A program made the translations under genes and the position numbers. The notes under the pieces were generated by a model. The model saw nothing but the letters and a program-made list of their open reading frames with translations, ran no database searches and was not told where the DNA came from. Positions 9,645 through 19,066 of a DNA stretch of 64,000 bases are shown here, piece after piece; positions within the stretch are counted from its first letter, which is position 1; each line of letters opens with the position of its first letter. Source of the DNA: Alphaproteobacteria bacterium (GTDB lineage: Bacteria; Pseudomonadota; Alphaproteobacteria; UBA2966); assembly GCA_964291395.2 (NCBI GenBank), contig OZ219858.1, positions 32,001 through 96,000 of the forward strand, written 5' to 3'.

Positions 9645-10880
9645 ATGTCAGCTAACACCGCTGCCACGTCCGCCTTCCACGCACCCACGCACCCTTACCG
9701 CTGGGCCATGCTGGCCGGCGTCTGGCTGATCTATTTCTCGTTCGGAATCTTCGTCGCGTCGATGGCGCCGCTCGTGGCGCCGATCACGGCTGATCTCGAG
9801 ATTTCCCATGGCGCCATGGGCACCGTGCTGGGCGCCTGGCCTCTGGTCTACATCGCCTCGTCGATCCCCGCGGGCGCCCTGATCGACCGCATGGGTCCGC
9901 GCCGCTCCATCATGCTGTGCACGGTGCTGATCACGCTGTCGGGCATTCTGCGCGGCATCGCCGACGACCACCTGTCGATGTTCCTGGCAGTGGCCGTGTT
10001 CGGACTCGGGGGACCGTTGATCTCGATCGGCGCACCGAAAGTGATGAGCCTTTGGTTCGAGGGCAAGGAGCGGGGCCTTGCCATGGGGATCTACATCTCG
10101 GGGCCGGCGGTCGGCAACATCACGTCGCTGGCACTCACCAACAGCGTCATGATGCCGTTCTATGCGGGAGATTGGCGCGCCGTCCTGTTCACTTATGCAG
10201 GCGTTGCCGTGCTCTGCGGCGGGCTGTGGGTGCTCATCTCGGCCCACCCGGCGAGTCGCACGATGGAGCGGCAGATCGCGGGAGAGCCCAAGCGTTCTCA
10301 GATTCAGGTGTTCGGAGAGCTTCTGTCGGAGCCCGTCGTGCGTCTCATCCTGGTGATGAGCGTCGGCATGTTCATCTTCAACCACGGACTCAACAACTGG
10401 CTGCCGGAAATCCTGCGTACCGGGGGAATGGATGCCGCCACCGCCGGTTACTGGGCGTCGATCCCGACGGCCGTCGGCGTCTTCGCGGCGCTGTCGATAC
10501 CCCGCTTCGCGACGGAAGACCGGCGCCTTTCGGTTCTGGGCCTCCTGTTCCTCGCGGCCGGTGCCGCCACGATGCTGCTGCACCTCTCCGCCGGGCCGTT
10601 GCTGGCGGTTGGACTCGTATGCCAGGGCATTGCGCGCGGCGCCATGATGGCCGTCTCCATTCTCGTGCTCGTGGAATCGCCCGGCGTGGACTCGCGAAAC
10701 TCCGGCGCCGCCGGAGGCCTGTTCTTTTCCGCGGCCGAGGTGGGCGGTGTCCTCGGTCCGGTCCTGGTGGGAGCGATCCATGACCTGACCGGGGGCTTCG
10801 CCGCCTCTCTCTACATGATGACCGCCATCTGCGCCGTTCTGCTCCTTCTCCTCTGCCGGCTACGGTCGCTGACGCGGTAG
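9645..10880 (+). CDS. MFS transporter
   Basis: GALIDRMGPRR motif A, about 12 TM segments. Confidence 0.9.
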   Translation: MSANTAATSAFHAPTHPYRWAMLAGVWLIYFSFGIFVASMAPLVAPITADLEISHGAMGTVLGAWPLVYIASSIPAGALIDRMGPRRSIMLCTVLITLSGILRGIADDHLSMFLAVAVFGLGGPLISIGAPKVMSLWFEGKERGLAMGIYISGPAVGNITSLALTNSVMMPFYAGDWRAVLFTYAGVAVLCGGLWVLISAHPASRTMERQIAGEPKRSQIQVFGELLSEPVVRLILVMSVGMFIFNHGLNNWLPEILRTGGMDAATAGYWASIPTAVGVFAALSIPRFATEDRRLSVLGLLFLAAGAATMLLHLSAGPLLAVGLVCQGIARGAMMAVSILVLVESPGVDSRNSGAAGGLFFSAAEVGGVLGPVLVGAIHDLTGGFAASLYMMTAICAVLLLLLCRLRSLTR

Positions 10881-11096
10881 TCACGACATGGCACCATCGC
10901 CCCTTCGGGACTCGCCGGCGAAATGCCCCGCAACAGATGCATCGTCGACCGCAGGAACGGGGACGGCGCGACGTTCCTTATTACGGCGATTTACAAGTTC
11001 GCGGATTGCGCCTATTGAGGCCCCGCACGCACGGCACGGCTCCGTGCTCCCGACGACACCCGCACTCGACGGAATGGCTCCGTCCTGGGGCACAAC

Positions 11097-12326
11097 ATGA
11101 CCGATTCAGCGACGGCGGGCGCCGCCTTCAGGCGGCGGGTCATAGTCATCATCGCCGCGGCCAGCGTCATCGCGGCGCTGTCCTTCGGCATCCGGTCGTC
11201 GTTCGGTATCTTCCTGCAACCCGTCTCGGCCGACCTCGGCTGGGGCCGCGAGATCTTCGCATTCTCCATCGCGCTCTCGTCCGTCCTGTGGGGCGCGGCC
11301 CAGCCCTTCGCCGGCATGCTAGCCGACCGCTTCGGCTCGGGCAGGGTCCTTGCCGCAGGCGCCCTGATGTACGCCGCGGGCATCGCGCTCATGGCATGGT
11401 CCTCGACCCCGCTGGCCGCTCACCTCACGATCGGCGTCCTCGTCGGACTGGGCAACGCCGGCTGCGGGTTGTGGATCGTATACGCGGCGGTGGCCAGGGC
11501 TGCGGCCCCGGAACGCCGCACCCTGGCGGTAGGCATCGTGTCGGCCGCCGGATCCTTCGGCCAGTTCGCCGTGGTGCCGATCGGGCAGGCCTTCCTCGAC
11601 ACCTACGGCTGGCAGACCGCGTTCGTCCTGCTGGGGATCGCCGCGCTCGCGATGCTGCCGATGGCCGGCGCCATCACCGGCCGCGCCGCGGCATCGGCCG
11701 TCGCTCCACAGAGGTTCCGGGCCGCGCTGACGGAGGCCGCGCGCCATCGCGGCTACCTTCTGCTCAATGCCGGGTTCTTCGTCTGCGGATTCCAGGTCAT
11801 CTTCATCAGCACCCACCTGCCGGCCTACGTGGCGGACCGCGGCCTGCCGGCGGAAATAGGCGCCTGGACGCTGGCCCTTGTCGGCCTGGTAAACATCGTC
11901 GGCTCCATCGTCAGCGGGATGCTGGGCGACCGCTTCAGCAAGAAGAGTCTCCTCACGCTGCTGTACCTCGGCCGGGCCGTCGTGATCGCGGCCTTCGTCC
12001 TGTCACCCCCGTCCATTGCCGGCACACTGACGTTCGGCGTGGTCATGGGTCTCGTGTGGTTCAGCGTCATACCGCTGACGACGGCCCTGGTCGCTCAGAT
12101 CTTCGGTTCGCAATACCTGGGGACTCTTTCCGGCATCGTGTTCCTCAGCCATCAGACCGGCGCCTTCCTCGGCGCGTGGCTGGGCGGCCGCCTGTTCGAT
12201 GCGACGGGCTCCTACGATGTCACATGGTGGATCGCGGTCGCCCTCGGCCTCGCCGCGGCGGCCCTTCACTATCCCATCGACGAACGGCCGCTCAGGCGCG
12301 CGGCTCCCGCAGAAGGCGCCGCCTGA
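11097..12326 (+). CDS. MFS transporter (3' end duplicated at ~20.9-21.1 kb)
   Basis: GMLADRFGSGR and GMLGDRFSKK motifs, about 12 TM. Confidence 0.93.
   Translation: MTDSATAGAAFRRRVIVIIAAASVIAALSFGIRSSFGIFLQPVSADLGWGREIFAFSIALSSVLWGAAQPFAGMLADRFGSGRVLAAGALMYAAGIALMAWSSTPLAAHLTIGVLVGLGNAGCGLWIVYAAVARAAAPERRTLAVGIVSAAGSFGQFAVVPIGQAFLDTYGWQTAFVLLGIAALAMLPMAGAITGRAAASAVAPQRFRAALTEAARHRGYLLLNAGFFVCGFQVIFISTHLPAYVADRGLPAEIGAWTLALVGLVNIVGSIVSGMLGDRFSKKSLLTLLYLGRAVVIAAFVLSPPSIAGTLTFGVVMGLVWFSVIPLTTALVAQIFGSQYLGTLSGIVFLSHQTGAFLGAWLGGRLFDATGSYDVTWWIAVALGLAAAALHYPIDERPLRRAAPAEGAA
12184..12310 (+). repeat. Direct repeat copy 1 (MFS 3' end; left junction of island)
   Basis: 12237-12310 identical (74 bp) to 20992-21065; 12184-12236 matches 20939-20991 with 10 mismatches in 53 nt. 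Confidence 0.95.
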
Positions 12327-12373
12327 CCGGCCACGACGGAGTCCAGGACACTGCAGTAATTTCGGAGACCGTG

Positions 12374-13276
12374 TTACGACTCATCGACCTCCGCAATCAG
12401 CCATTCCCGAAATGCGACCGCTTTCGGTGCTGTAAACGCGGCTTCCGGCCCCACGAAATAATACGCAAGATCGAGCGGCATCGTAGTCGGGAATGGACAT
12501 ACCAGCCGGCCAGCCGCTATATCGTCGGCCGCCAAGGATACGCGTCCCAATGCGACACCCAGCCCGTCGACCGCGGCCTGCAGCGCGAAAACAGACTGAG
12601 CGAACCGTAGTCCTCGCGTGGGATCGACCCCCTCTACCTCGGCCGCGAGCAACCACATCGTCCAATCCGGGCTCACATCCGCGAAATCATACGTATCGTC
12701 GTGAATAAGCATGTGGGAACGCAAATCCGCAGGCGCCTTGAGCGGCGATTTCCCTTCAAGCAAGCGCGGACTGCACATGGGCGTTACCGCCTCGGATAGC
12801 AATTTTTCGACTCTGAGCATCGGGTAATTGCCGTCACCGAACCGAACGGCGAGATCGATGTCCGATGTCGAGAAGTCAACCAATTCAATCGTCGTGGAAA
12901 GCCTTACGTCGACATCGGGGTGGGCACCGAGAAAACGATCCAGCCGCGGGATCAACCATTTTGCGGCGAAGGACGGTGCGGTACTGATGGTGAGGACGTT
13001 TTTCGTTTTCTCCTTCCGCGCTTCATCCAGGGCGGCGGCAATTCGCATGCATCCTTCGCGGATACCGGGCAGGAACGCCTGCCCGGCGTCGGTAAGACGC
13101 ACGGCACGATTGAAGCGTAGGAACAGCGGCACGCCCAATAATTCTTCCAGGGACTTGATCCGCTGGCTGATGGCAGCCGGCGTGACTTTCAGTTCCTGAC
13201 CCGCGCGCTGAAAGCTCAGGTGCCGCGCACAAGCTTCGAACGCCTGCAACTGTTCAGTCGAGGGCAGACGTACCAT
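12374..13276 (-). CDS. LysR family regulator, GcvA-like
   Basis: RLPST..LQAFEACARHLSF..A..EL.VTPAAISQRIK.LE; PSFAAKWLIPRL. Confidence 0.93.
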   Translation of the reverse strand: MVRLPSTEQLQAFEACARHLSFQRAGQELKVTPAAISQRIKSLEELLGVPLFLRFNRAVRLTDAGQAFLPGIREGCMRIAAALDEARKEKTKNVLTISTAPSFAAKWLIPRLDRFLGAHPDVDVRLSTTIELVDFSTSDIDLAVRFGDGNYPMLRVEKLLSEAVTPMCSPRLLEGKSPLKAPADLRSHMLIHDDTYDFADVSPDWTMWLLAAEVEGVDPTRGLRFAQSVFALQAAVDGLGVALGRVSLAADDIAAGRLVCPFPTTMPLDLAYYFVGPEAAFTAPKAVAFREWLIAEVDES

Positions 13277-13561
13277 GGTATGCGCCGATAGAGCTTCTTT
13301 GTCCGAAATAATAACCGGGCGGATAACAGAGTATCGTACAAACGGATCACGCCAAAGCGTTCGTCCCGACTCAGAAGCTTGGGAGGACGGGACGCTCGCA
13401 TGCTGGACATCGATCACGGAATCCAGCCCGGATACCTCGCGGCGACCCGTCTAATGAGACTGATCTCAGTGTCCTTTTACGCGGATCTCGACTCTCGGAT
13501 CAGCCGGCAGGCATTTGTGCTCACCGGTACTCTGCACTCGGTGAAATTCGAGGCGCACTAC

Positions 13562-14164
13562 TCAAAAGCGGTTCTTTATCCTTCGTGCCATTGTTTCCGG
13601 CGGGGTGCCGAAGGCAAAGTGAGTGAGATAGCGACCATCCGGCGCCATCAGGAACGTGACGGTGGAATGGTCGAGCACGTAGTCCCCATCTGTGAGGACC
13701 GTTTTTCTGTAGTACGTGCGAAACGCCTTCGCAGCCGTCGCCACCTGGTCTGCCGTGCCCGTCAAACCGGCAATTTGTGGATGGAAGTTCGCGACGTACT
13801 CGGCAAGGACCTGAGGCGAGTCCCGTTCCGGATCCAAGGTTATGAACAGCGGTTGGATTTTCCGGGCGTCGACCCCGAGCCTGTCCAGTGTCATCGAGAT
13901 TTCCAGCAACGTGGTCGGGCAGATGTCGGGACAGGAAGTGTAGCCAAACGAGATGAGCAGATACTTCCCCCGGTAGAACTCATCGGTCACGGCCCGTCCG
14001 CTGTGGTCGATGAGTTCGAACCGTCCGCCAATGTGGAAAACCTTAACGCTTCCGGTGGTTGAAACCTTCGATTCGGCGTATACGCCGGGTCCACCGGTCG
14101 AAAGGGTCGTCAGCGCAAAGAAGGCGACGGTCGCCAAAGCGGTCTTACTTGTCGATCTCTTCAA
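13562..14164 (-). CDS. SCO1/SenC family copper chaperone
   Basis: FGYTSCPDICP (CxxxC), ITLDPERD, YVLDHS; TTG start after GAGGAG; signal-like N-terminus. Confidence 0.93.
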   Translation of the reverse strand: MKRSTSKTALATVAFFALTTLSTGGPGVYAESKVSTTGSVKVFHIGGRFELIDHSGRAVTDEFYRGKYLLISFGYTSCPDICPTTLLEISMTLDRLGVDARKIQPLFITLDPERDSPQVLAEYVANFHPQIAGLTGTADQVATAAKAFRTYYRKTVLTDGDYVLDHSTVTFLMAPDGRYLTHFAFGTPPETMARRIKNRF

Positions 14165-14213
14165 GAAAGACTCCTCGACCCGACTTTCGGTGCAGCCTCG
14201 AACGGCAATCGAT

Positions 14214-15458
14214 TCAGTGGCAGTAGGCGACCGCGCCAGCCATATATAGGCCCCAGGGCTCCTTACCCACATCGTCAATCACCTTCACGAGACGTTGCTT
14301 CGGAACGTCGATCACCGCAACTTGAGCGGTCTTGCTGAGCGCGATGTAGACCTTGGTACCATCGGGTGTCGTCACGCCAATCTCGGGCGACGAGGGCAAC
14401 GGAATTTCCGCGACCACCTCGGGCTCGGTCAGGTCGACGACCAACGCCTTGTTCTCGGCCCGACTCGGGATCACCGCCGTGGTCTCGAACCAACCCGTGT
14501 TGACCCCCGTCATGTCCCGTGCGCCAGGGATGCGGGCCATCTCCTCCAGCGTCCGCATGGAGATGACAGAGATCGTCCCGTCGCCGTTGTTGAGAGAAAT
14601 CAACTGGAGGCTGTCCGCCGTCGCGTAGGTACGAAACGGCACGTCCCCTAGAACCAGGGTCTTCACCTTCTCCTGCGTGCGCAGGTCGATGACGGTCAAC
14701 GTGTCGCTGGCTCCGTGCGAGGCAAATCCCCTGGATCCGAAGGTGGTGCGGCTGAGGTTGATGACGCCCGGGATCAGCCGCTGCGTTCCCGGATCGACTA
14801 TCCCCATTCTGTCACCGGCGGTGTACGCTCCGATCCCGCCCGATGCCGGCCGCCGGTCCGTTGGGCCGATCGGAATCTCCCCGACCACCTCGCCACTGGC
14901 GACGTCGATGACGCTTACCTCCGCCGACCCTAGATTGCCGACATAAAGCAGCTTCCCGTCGGGACCGAAGACCATGGTGTCCGGACCGTGCAGGCCGGGC
15001 ACCGTTCTCAGCACGCGGCCGTGCCGTAGCGAGACGAGAAAGACTTTTCCGGCCTCGACGCTGCTGGCCGCCACGATCTCGCCGTCGCGGTCGATCTCCA
15101 TACGATCCGGATCGTCCCCGAGCTCGATCCTACGGACCACCGCGAGGGTTTCCAAGTCTACCACTGCGATGCTGTCGTCCACGGTGTTGCTGGCAAGCAG
15201 GAAACCCAGCGGCCTGGATGTACTCGCATCCGTCGGAAGCAGAAGCTGATTGGGAATCTGGTCGAGCCGGAGCGTGGTCTCGAGTTCGTCGGACTCGGTG
15301 TCGATAATCGCCACCTCGCTGGTCGCGCGGTCGGGCACGAATACATAGCGCCGCACGTCGTCGAGCGCCGCCACCGGGTGAATGACCGCGAGCAGAAGCC
15401 CGGCCATCGCGCCGACCCGAACCGCGACGGTCGTCGGCGGACGGGCTCTGCCTAGCAC
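14214..15458 (-). CDS. Exported YVTN/YncE-type beta-propeller protein
   Basis: Repeated blades (PDGKLLYVGN..S.EVSVID, TPDGTKVYIA...VAVID); signal-like N-terminus; ends YCH; start uncertain (15458 or 15407). Confidence 0.85.
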   Translation of the reverse strand: MLGRARPPTTVAVRVGAMAGLLLAVIHPVAALDDVRRYVFVPDRATSEVAIIDTESDELETTLRLDQIPNQLLLPTDASTSRPLGFLLASNTVDDSIAVVDLETLAVVRRIELGDDPDRMEIDRDGEIVAASSVEAGKVFLVSLRHGRVLRTVPGLHGPDTMVFGPDGKLLYVGNLGSAEVSVIDVASGEVVGEIPIGPTDRRPASGGIGAYTAGDRMGIVDPGTQRLIPGVINLSRTTFGSRGFASHGASDTLTVIDLRTQEKVKTLVLGDVPFRTYATADSLQLISLNNGDGTISVISMRTLEEMARIPGARDMTGVNTGWFETTAVIPSRAENKALVVDLTEPEVVAEIPLPSSPEIGVTTPDGTKVYIALSKTAQVAVIDVPKQRLVKVIDDVGKEPWGLYMAGAVAYCH

Positions 15459-15460
15459 CG

Positions 15461-17059
15461 TCAGCCCCCGCTCTCCGCGGCTGGGGCATCTCCGATCAGG
15501 ATGTCGTCGATACGCAGGATCGTGACGGCGACCTCGGTCGCCGAGGCGAGCGCCTGGGTCTTTATCTCCAGGGGCTCGAGAATCCCGGCTTCCCAGGCGT
15601 CGACGAGCTGCCCCGACACGACGTCGAATCCGCACCAGGTGTCGTGCCGCTCATGACGGGCTTCCACCAAGCTCAACTGGTCGATCGCATCTGCACCGGA
15701 GCTCTCTATGAGCGTCCGCGGCACGACGGTCATGGCATCGGCGAACGCTTCGGTGACGAGACGCTCCTTCCCTGTCAGCCCCGCGCGTGCGCGCTCCCTC
15801 AACCGCCGGGTCAGCTCGACCTCGACAGCCCCGGCCCCGGCCACCACCTTGCCACGCGTCAGCGCGCTGCCGATATCACCCACCGCATCTTCGAGGGCCC
15901 GCCGGGCCTCTTCCGCGGCATGCGCCGTGCTCCCCTTCACGAGTAGCGTCACCGCCTTCGGATCCTCGCAATCCTCCACGTAAATGAACGTCGACTTTCC
16001 GAGGGTTTCCTCGTGAATCCTGCCCGCTCGGCCGAGATGGGCGGCGTCCAGCATGTGCGGCGACGAGACGATCCGGGCTCCGGTCGCCTTGGCGAGCCGC
16101 ACCAGATCGCCGCGGGGGACCCGGCGGACTGCGAAGACCCCGGCCTGGCTCAGGAAGTCGTCCGCCGGCTCCTCGATATTCTGCTGGCAGAACAAAACAT
16201 TGCAGCCCGAGGCAACGATCCGTTCGACCATCTCGGCCAGATTCTTCCGCTCCTGCTCCACGAAGGCCTGCATTTGACGGGGGTCGCTGATGTGAATCTG
16301 GGTGGCGATCTCCGGGTCCTTGATCTCGATCGGCTGATCGATCAGCCCCACGTTCGCCCTTTCGACGCGCGTCGGCATGGACGGGTGCGCGCGCTCCCGC
16401 GCCAGCAGCACGCCCTTCATCAGCGTGCTGGCCTCGGTCGGCTCACCGACCATGCGCTCTAGCTTCACTCCGTCGTCGTCGATCACCGCGCGCTTGCCGT
16501 CGTACCGGATCACCTTTCTCACCGCCTGGATGGCGAGCGATGCCAGCGTTTCCTTAGCCGATTCGACGGCCTTTCCGGTCATTGCGGTATGGGCGACCCG
16601 CGTGATGATCTCGTCGTCGTCGGGACCGACCGCCTCGCCGATGTCCTCGAGGATCTCCTGGGCCATGCGTTCGGCGGTGCGAAAACCTCGGGCGATGACG
16701 GCTGGATGAAGGTCCATCTCCAGCAGGTCTTCAGCCTTGCGCAACACCTCGCCGGCGAGCACGATGACGGTCGTCGTGCCGTCTCCGACTTTGTCCTGCT
16801 GCGTGACGGCCGCCTCGATGGCCAGCTTGGCGGCGGGATGCCTGACCCGCATTTCGTTGAGGAGCGTGAAGCCGTCGTTCGTCACGACGATGTCGCCCAG
16901 GCCGTCGACGACCATCTTGTCCATGCCCTTGGGCCCGAGCGTGGAGCGCACGGTTTGGGCAAGGGCATGGATGACCGAGATGTTCGACCGGTGGGCGTCC
17001 CTGCCGGTCGTCCTTTCCATGTCCTCGGATACTCCGAGCGTGTCCCGCCTGTTCACCAT
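15461..17059 (-). CDS. Thermosome-type group II chaperonin subunit
   Basis: STLGPKGMDKM, VTNDG, HPAAK, VGDGTTT, TAMTGK, lid segment IEIKDPEIATQIHISDP, VLFCQ, AVRRV, LAKATGARIV, ILRIDD. Confidence 0.93.
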   Translation of the reverse strand: MVNRRDTLGVSEDMERTTGRDAHRSNISVIHALAQTVRSTLGPKGMDKMVVDGLGDIVVTNDGFTLLNEMRVRHPAAKLAIEAAVTQQDKVGDGTTTVIVLAGEVLRKAEDLLEMDLHPAVIARGFRTAERMAQEILEDIGEAVGPDDDEIITRVAHTAMTGKAVESAKETLASLAIQAVRKVIRYDGKRAVIDDDGVKLERMVGEPTEASTLMKGVLLARERAHPSMPTRVERANVGLIDQPIEIKDPEIATQIHISDPRQMQAFVEQERKNLAEMVERIVASGCNVLFCQQNIEEPADDFLSQAGVFAVRRVPRGDLVRLAKATGARIVSSPHMLDAAHLGRAGRIHEETLGKSTFIYVEDCEDPKAVTLLVKGSTAHAAEEARRALEDAVGDIGSALTRGKVVAGAGAVEVELTRRLRERARAGLTGKERLVTEAFADAMTVVPRTLIESSGADAIDQLSLVEARHERHDTWCGFDVVSGQLVDAWEAGILEPLEIKTQALASATEVAVTILRIDDILIGDAPAAESGG

Positions 17060-17233
17060 GCCGATAGCCCTCCCTCACCGGCGCGCCCACTACCGGCCTG
17101 GCAAGGAGCCTCCCAAAATCCCGGATTGCCGGGGATTGCGAGCGGCTCCTTCCTCAGGCTCCGCACCGTGCGTGGGCGTCCGTCCCCACGGCCCTCGCGA
17201 AAGGAGGGGTGGCTTCCGTCGCCGGCCCGTCGG

Positions 17234-18559
17234 CTAGATCCGGAACGCCTTCATTGCCTCTCCCCAGGCGCGTTTGCGGAAGGCATCGGACGTCACGTCC
17301 ACCGTGCCCTCCGTCATGACGCCGGTGATGGGCTCGAAGGGTTCCGTGAGCTCCGGCGCGTGATGCGTGTCGATCAGTTCGTCGAGCTTGAACTTCTTCT
17401 TGCCCAAACCGATCTTCATCATCGTATCGTTCCACAGCGAGTCGACCGACGCGTAGTTGAGCCCGTAGTGCCAACGGGCCCGGAAGTACTCCGACACCCA
17501 TTCCACGGGGGCGGGCGTACCGGAAACCTGGGCGGCGATCTCGACCGTCTCCCCCCAGTTGTCCCGCATGAACTCGCAGGCCTTCTTGTGGCCCTCGATC
17601 ACCGCGAGGATCATCTCGTCGGGAAGACCCGGCCGAGCCGCCAGCCCAACGCACTGCACGTAGGTCTGGGTGTCCCGGCCGTCGGCGCTCATCATGTGGT
17701 CGCCGCCGTCGAGGCAGTGGCCGATCACCTTGGCCTCCTTGAAGTATTCCGGATACGAGTCGTACTGCTCGCAGATGGTCTGCGCGTCGACCTGGCCCGT
17801 GACCAGGGCCGTGGCCACCTCGGGTGGCGGCAGGTAGTGGATCTTGAAGTCCTTCTCCGGATCGAGCCCGTGGTCCATGATGGTCCGGAAGCACGCGGCG
17901 TGCGTGATCGTCCCGGGCACGAGCGTGGATATCCGGACGGGATCTCCGTCCGCCTTCCGCTTGGCCGCATACTCGAAGAACTTAGGGAAATCCGTGAGGC
18001 CCTGATCGTAGAGTTCCTGCCGGACGGCCCAGCCGCCGTGGCCGACCATGCCGCCCACGATGTGCTTCGAGGGGATGCCCTTCTGGGCCGCGACCCCGGG
18101 CGTGTTGCTGCCGACGTAGGCGAAGTCAATCTCTTCCGCGATGAACGCTTCCATCACCTGCGGACCGGAGGGCGCGCCGAGGAACTTGGTATCCCAGCCC
18201 ATGCTCTCGAAGATCCCCTTCTTCTCGAGAATGTAGCCCAGGAGCTCACAATCGAGAGTATTGATGTAGCCGTATCGTATAGTGCCTTTCGTGGCACCCT
18301 TCGTGGACGTCCCGGCTTTCGCGCCGGTCGGGGTCGCCGCGATCGAACTCGCAAGGGCGAACGCCGTGCCGCCCGCCGCCGCGGCTTGACCGAACTCGCG
18401 ACGCGTGAGACTACGGGCACGCACGCGGTCCAACTCTGCCCTGTGTTCGTGATACTCCCGGTGGGTCTTCTGAAACGCCTTGGGCGTTATGTCCGGATCC
18501 ATGACCAAGTCCCAGAAGCCCGTCTCTCCGGTCCCATCCTGGTTGCGCTTGGTTGTCAT
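17234..18559 (-). CDS. ABC transporter substrate-binding protein, NitT/TauT/SsuA-like, Tat signal
   Basis: LTRREFG twin-arginine motif, TIRYGY, SGPQVMEAF...IDFAYVG, ALVTGQVDA; AAGGAG RBS. Confidence 0.85.
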   Translation of the reverse strand: MTTKRNQDGTGETGFWDLVMDPDITPKAFQKTHREYHEHRAELDRVRARSLTRREFGQAAAAGGTAFALASSIAATPTGAKAGTSTKGATKGTIRYGYINTLDCELLGYILEKKGIFESMGWDTKFLGAPSGPQVMEAFIAEEIDFAYVGSNTPGVAAQKGIPSKHIVGGMVGHGGWAVRQELYDQGLTDFPKFFEYAAKRKADGDPVRISTLVPGTITHAACFRTIMDHGLDPEKDFKIHYLPPPEVATALVTGQVDAQTICEQYDSYPEYFKEAKVIGHCLDGGDHMMSADGRDTQTYVQCVGLAARPGLPDEMILAVIEGHKKACEFMRDNWGETVEIAAQVSGTPAPVEWVSEYFRARWHYGLNYASVDSLWNDTMMKIGLGKKKFKLDELIDTHHAPELTEPFEPITGVMTEGTVDVTSDAFRKRAWGEAMKAFRI

Positions 18560-18624
18560 CTTCTTGCTCCTTCGCCGCCGTTGCTGTCGCGCCTGCATTC
18601 AGTGTGATCCGACGGTAACGGCGC

Positions 18625-18861
18625 CTATTCCGCCGCTTGCGGCTTTCGTTTGATGGTCAAGCCTTCGGGTTCATCGCCGTATTCCGGCAGATGCTCCCCC
18701 GCCTTGTAATGATTGAAGCCCGGATGTTCTCGCACGATGACGTAGACGTACTCCCGTGGCGCCTCGAAATGGTCCACGACCGCATTCGTGAGGGCTTCCT
18801 GAAGCGCATGAATGTCTTCTCTGGAGCGGCCCTCCCGCACATCAATCTGAATGATCGGCAT
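18625..18861 (-). CDS. 4-oxalocrotonate tautomerase superfamily protein (CaaD alpha-like)
   Basis: Pro1 after Met, DVREGRS, VIVRE, GEHLPEY. Confidence 0.85.
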   Translation of the reverse strand: MPIIQIDVREGRSREDIHALQEALTNAVVDHFEAPREYVYVIVREHPGFNHYKAGEHLPEYGDEPEGLTIKRKPQAAE

Positions 18862-19003
18862 AACTTTACTCCCGCGTGTTCACTTCAGCTTCGCGGCCCG
18901 TCACATTAACCCGCACGACCCGGCCGCCCGAGGAAACGCACGAGCCGATGAGTAGAAGTATCGGCCTGCACCGGGATCCTGGCAAACGAATAGTGACAGC
19001 GTC

Positions 19004-19026
19004 TCGGATAAACCCGGTTTATCCGA
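19004..19026. promoter_or_regulatory. Perfect 11-1-11 palindrome, candidate operator
   Basis: TCGGATAAACC-C-GGTTTATCCGA in the intergenic gap upstream of the tautomerase gene. Confidence 0.55.
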
Positions 19027-19066
19027 AGAATTGGGACTTGCCCGCCCTCGCGCCATTTTCACGAAC

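Noticed and set aside
14140-14216. Read-through of the propeller TGA would give CH-U-IDC (UxxC-like)
   Set aside because: Only a weak hairpin with an AAG loop follows, the extension would run over the SCO RBS and start, and YCH looks like a natural end
15461-17059. Calling the chaperonin groEL
   Set aside because: Lacks GroEL-specific motifs and a groES partner; has a group II lid
16589-18607. Long plus-strand ORF (672 aa) and similar long antisense ORFs (27486-29420, 42672-44060, 46840-48375)
   Set aside because: Shadow frames of genuine high-GC genes with no recognisable motifs
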